Assembly (NCBI GenBank): GCA_977017645.1 | Contig: OZ360237.1 | Coordinates: 72,726,001-72,790,000, forward strand | Length of the DNA: 64,000 nt | Origin: Torpedo marmorata | Taxonomy: Eukaryota | Direction of reading: 5' to 3' | In this document: piece after piece, positions 61,816 to 64,000 of the stretch | Layout: each line of letters opens with the position of its first letter | Numbering within the stretch: the stretch's first letter is position 1 | Notes under the pieces: generated by a model | Told to the model about the DNA's origin: nothing | Seen by the model: only the letters and a program-made list of their open reading frames with translations | The model's database searches: none | Position numbers and translations under genes: made by a program

Positions 61816-64000
61816 GTGCCTGATAAGCATTTACGTTTGAACACATGGATCTGTAATCTACAAGCACCTTAAATTATTTTCAAATGCTGGGAACCTGCCC
61901 ATTGCAGGTTGTTGCATTGCATCATCTTCTTATCAGTGAAGAGCACTGTCTAAGTGGTGGATTTCCTTGTGTTTTTGGTCGGGGCAGTGATGGAAGCTGG
62001 GGCTGAGTGATGGTAGAGGCAAGGGATAATTTTTTAAAATTGTTTTCATCAATGGTGCTGAATGTTTAACGCAAAGAGACACAAGAGACTGCTGATACAG
62101 CATCAAGTAAATCTGAGCAGTCATCACCATTTGGCCCCTCTAGCCTGCTCTGTCATTTGATGAGATGATGACTGATCTAATCCAACAAACTTGATTCCTC
62201 TACCGTCCAATGATCTTTTATATTCTACCATTGCCCACCCAACTCACCAGAACATAAAGTGGAAACTCTGAGTGATACACCAAGCGTCCCAAACTTAGGA
62301 ACACAGAGTCAATTAAAACAACCAATATTTTTCAGTTAGGATTGGCACAGGACAATCCAAGGATTTGATTATGGAACCTTCTGATATCATGGTTTCGTAT
62401 TCTGTTGTCCATTAAATAATTGGAATAATAAACGACTAAGTGTTTATTAAAGACTGGAATCCTATTATCAGCCCTAGATATCTTTAACAACACTAATTAC
62501 TAAATAATACTTTTGCTACCACAGTCCCTGCTTCTAATTAAATCGTTCTTAAATTGTCTGACGTTCTACTGCTAATATTTCTTAGCTTGTAAGTGCTTGG
62601 TCACCAGTTCTCTTAATTGGCAAACAACCAAGATGAAATTAAACATTGCAAAAGTGGAATACTGTAGTTCCCAGAAATCTCAAATGAATGCAGAGAATAC
62701 TAGAAATACTTGGCAGATCAGTCAGTATCTGTGGAGGATAAAACAGAATTAAATTTCATGTTGATGACCTGCCATTAAAAGTGGAAAATTGTTAAGAATG
62801 AATATGTTTTAAGATGCAGAGAAAGTAGGGTTGGGTGTGGGAGGAAAGGACAGAGGGGAAGGTCCATAATAAAATGGAGTATGGAATTAATTAGTTGACA
62901 AAAGGGATGATAGTGCAGGGTGTTAGAGAGAAGCATTGGGGCAAACGAGGAAACAAAATATTATTGTGACTGGACATGGCAGAACCATTAACTGAAATTG
63001 TTGAATTTATTGTTGAGGCTCGAAGGCCCGAATGTATCTAGTTGAATAATGAACTGTTAGTCCTCAAGCTTACACTGAGCTGCATTGAACTAGTGTCGGA
63101 CATTTAAGACATAGGTTTGATTGGAAGGAGGAAGGAAGCTCGGAATCAGGCTTGTGTCCAAAATGGAGGTGTTTTGCAAAAGATTCAATTCATCTGCATT
63201 TAATAGAAGAGACCACAAATTGTGACTTCTTCTTTGGCAGCCCCTCAGACAGGGAATGACTTGCTTTCACCTTGGTCCAGTGGAAGACGGATTAGGTCAA
63301 TGTGGCAGCTGCAGATTCTTGCACAGATGGGACAGGCATGTGGTGGGTGATCTGGTCTCTCTGCTGTTTGCATTAGGTCCTTGTCTGCTCCCAATGCATC
63401 AGCTTAAGGTTGCCGATACCGAGAACGTCAGGTTGGTCAGCATGGATGAGTTGGGCCGGAGGGCCTGTTCCATGCTGTATGACTCTATGACTGTTTTGGA
63501 GTATATTTGTGGCCCACTCCACAGTCTATGCCCTTGCCTACCCAGATGGAGACCAGACTTCACCAGTTAAAACTTCATCTCCACCCAGGACAATTAATAA
63601 GTGCAGTAAGTGGAAATCTTCAACTGCATTTAATAGCAGTCGAGCAGAAGTTATTTTTTTCCACAATGGGTTTCTCGTTGTTCTCACCCTCTGTCCCATC
63701 AGCCTCCTCATTCAAAAAGGCTTGCGCTCCTCCTCCATTTTGAGTGGTCATAGTCCCAGGGGATGTTGGATTTTATTTCAAGGAGAACATTCTCTGACCT
63801 TTTACCTCTGTCCACCTCCTAATCCCTTCCTTGCACAAATTGTCAGGGAAGAACACGGTAAATTTGAATGAAAGAAATATGTTCCCCTCAAAAAGAGTTT
63901 GGGCCCTGCATGATCTGAAGAGAGAGTTAGATCTGTGCTTGCACAGAAAGGCGACACAGGGAAGAATACGTATGTCTGTTGACAGTCATGATGGCGTAAA

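Noticed and set aside
28967-64000. KCNQ1 exon 12 (helix B, [25 protein letters not shown]-like)
   Set aside because: No match found by eye; it probably lies beyond the window, as this intron is also very long in mammals. A tBLASTn would confirm.

Overview
Vertebrate genomic DNA. The tRNA/V-domain HE1-type SINEs, CR1, Rex1 and Penelope repeats suggest a cartilaginous fish; the species cannot be fixed from the sequence. The whole window lies inside a + strand KCNQ1 (Kv7.1) gene. Five coding exons are present, equivalent to human exons 7-11 (pore filter TIGYG, S6, helix A/IQ region and the A-B linker): 1961-2071, 6162-6257, 8881-8997, 9575-9722 and 28843-28966. All have AG/GT splice sites and join in frame. 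I found neither the preceding nor the following exon, so 28967-64000 appears to be one long intron. The rest is intronic and rich in transposons: Rex1/Babar, CR1, L1 and Tx1 LINEs, V-SINEs, Penelope-like elements (PLEs), a Chapaev3-type DNA transposon derivative and two pogo/Tigger-like MITEs with internal CpG-rich minisatellites. The most notable observations are: (i) an apparently young PLE family (four copies with 8-15 bp TSDs) ending in a minimal hammerhead ribozyme with a non-canonical UUGAUGA core, with one intact copy sense to the KCNQ1 pre-mRNA and two antisense; (ii) a Rex1 copy inserted antisense into another copy of its own family, giving a ~850 bp inverted repeat; (iii) a three-level nested insertion; (iv) an unclassified non-autonomous retroposon. 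Most other ORFs in the track are transposon fragments, repeat read-throughs or chance ORFs. Boundaries of decayed elements are approximate.
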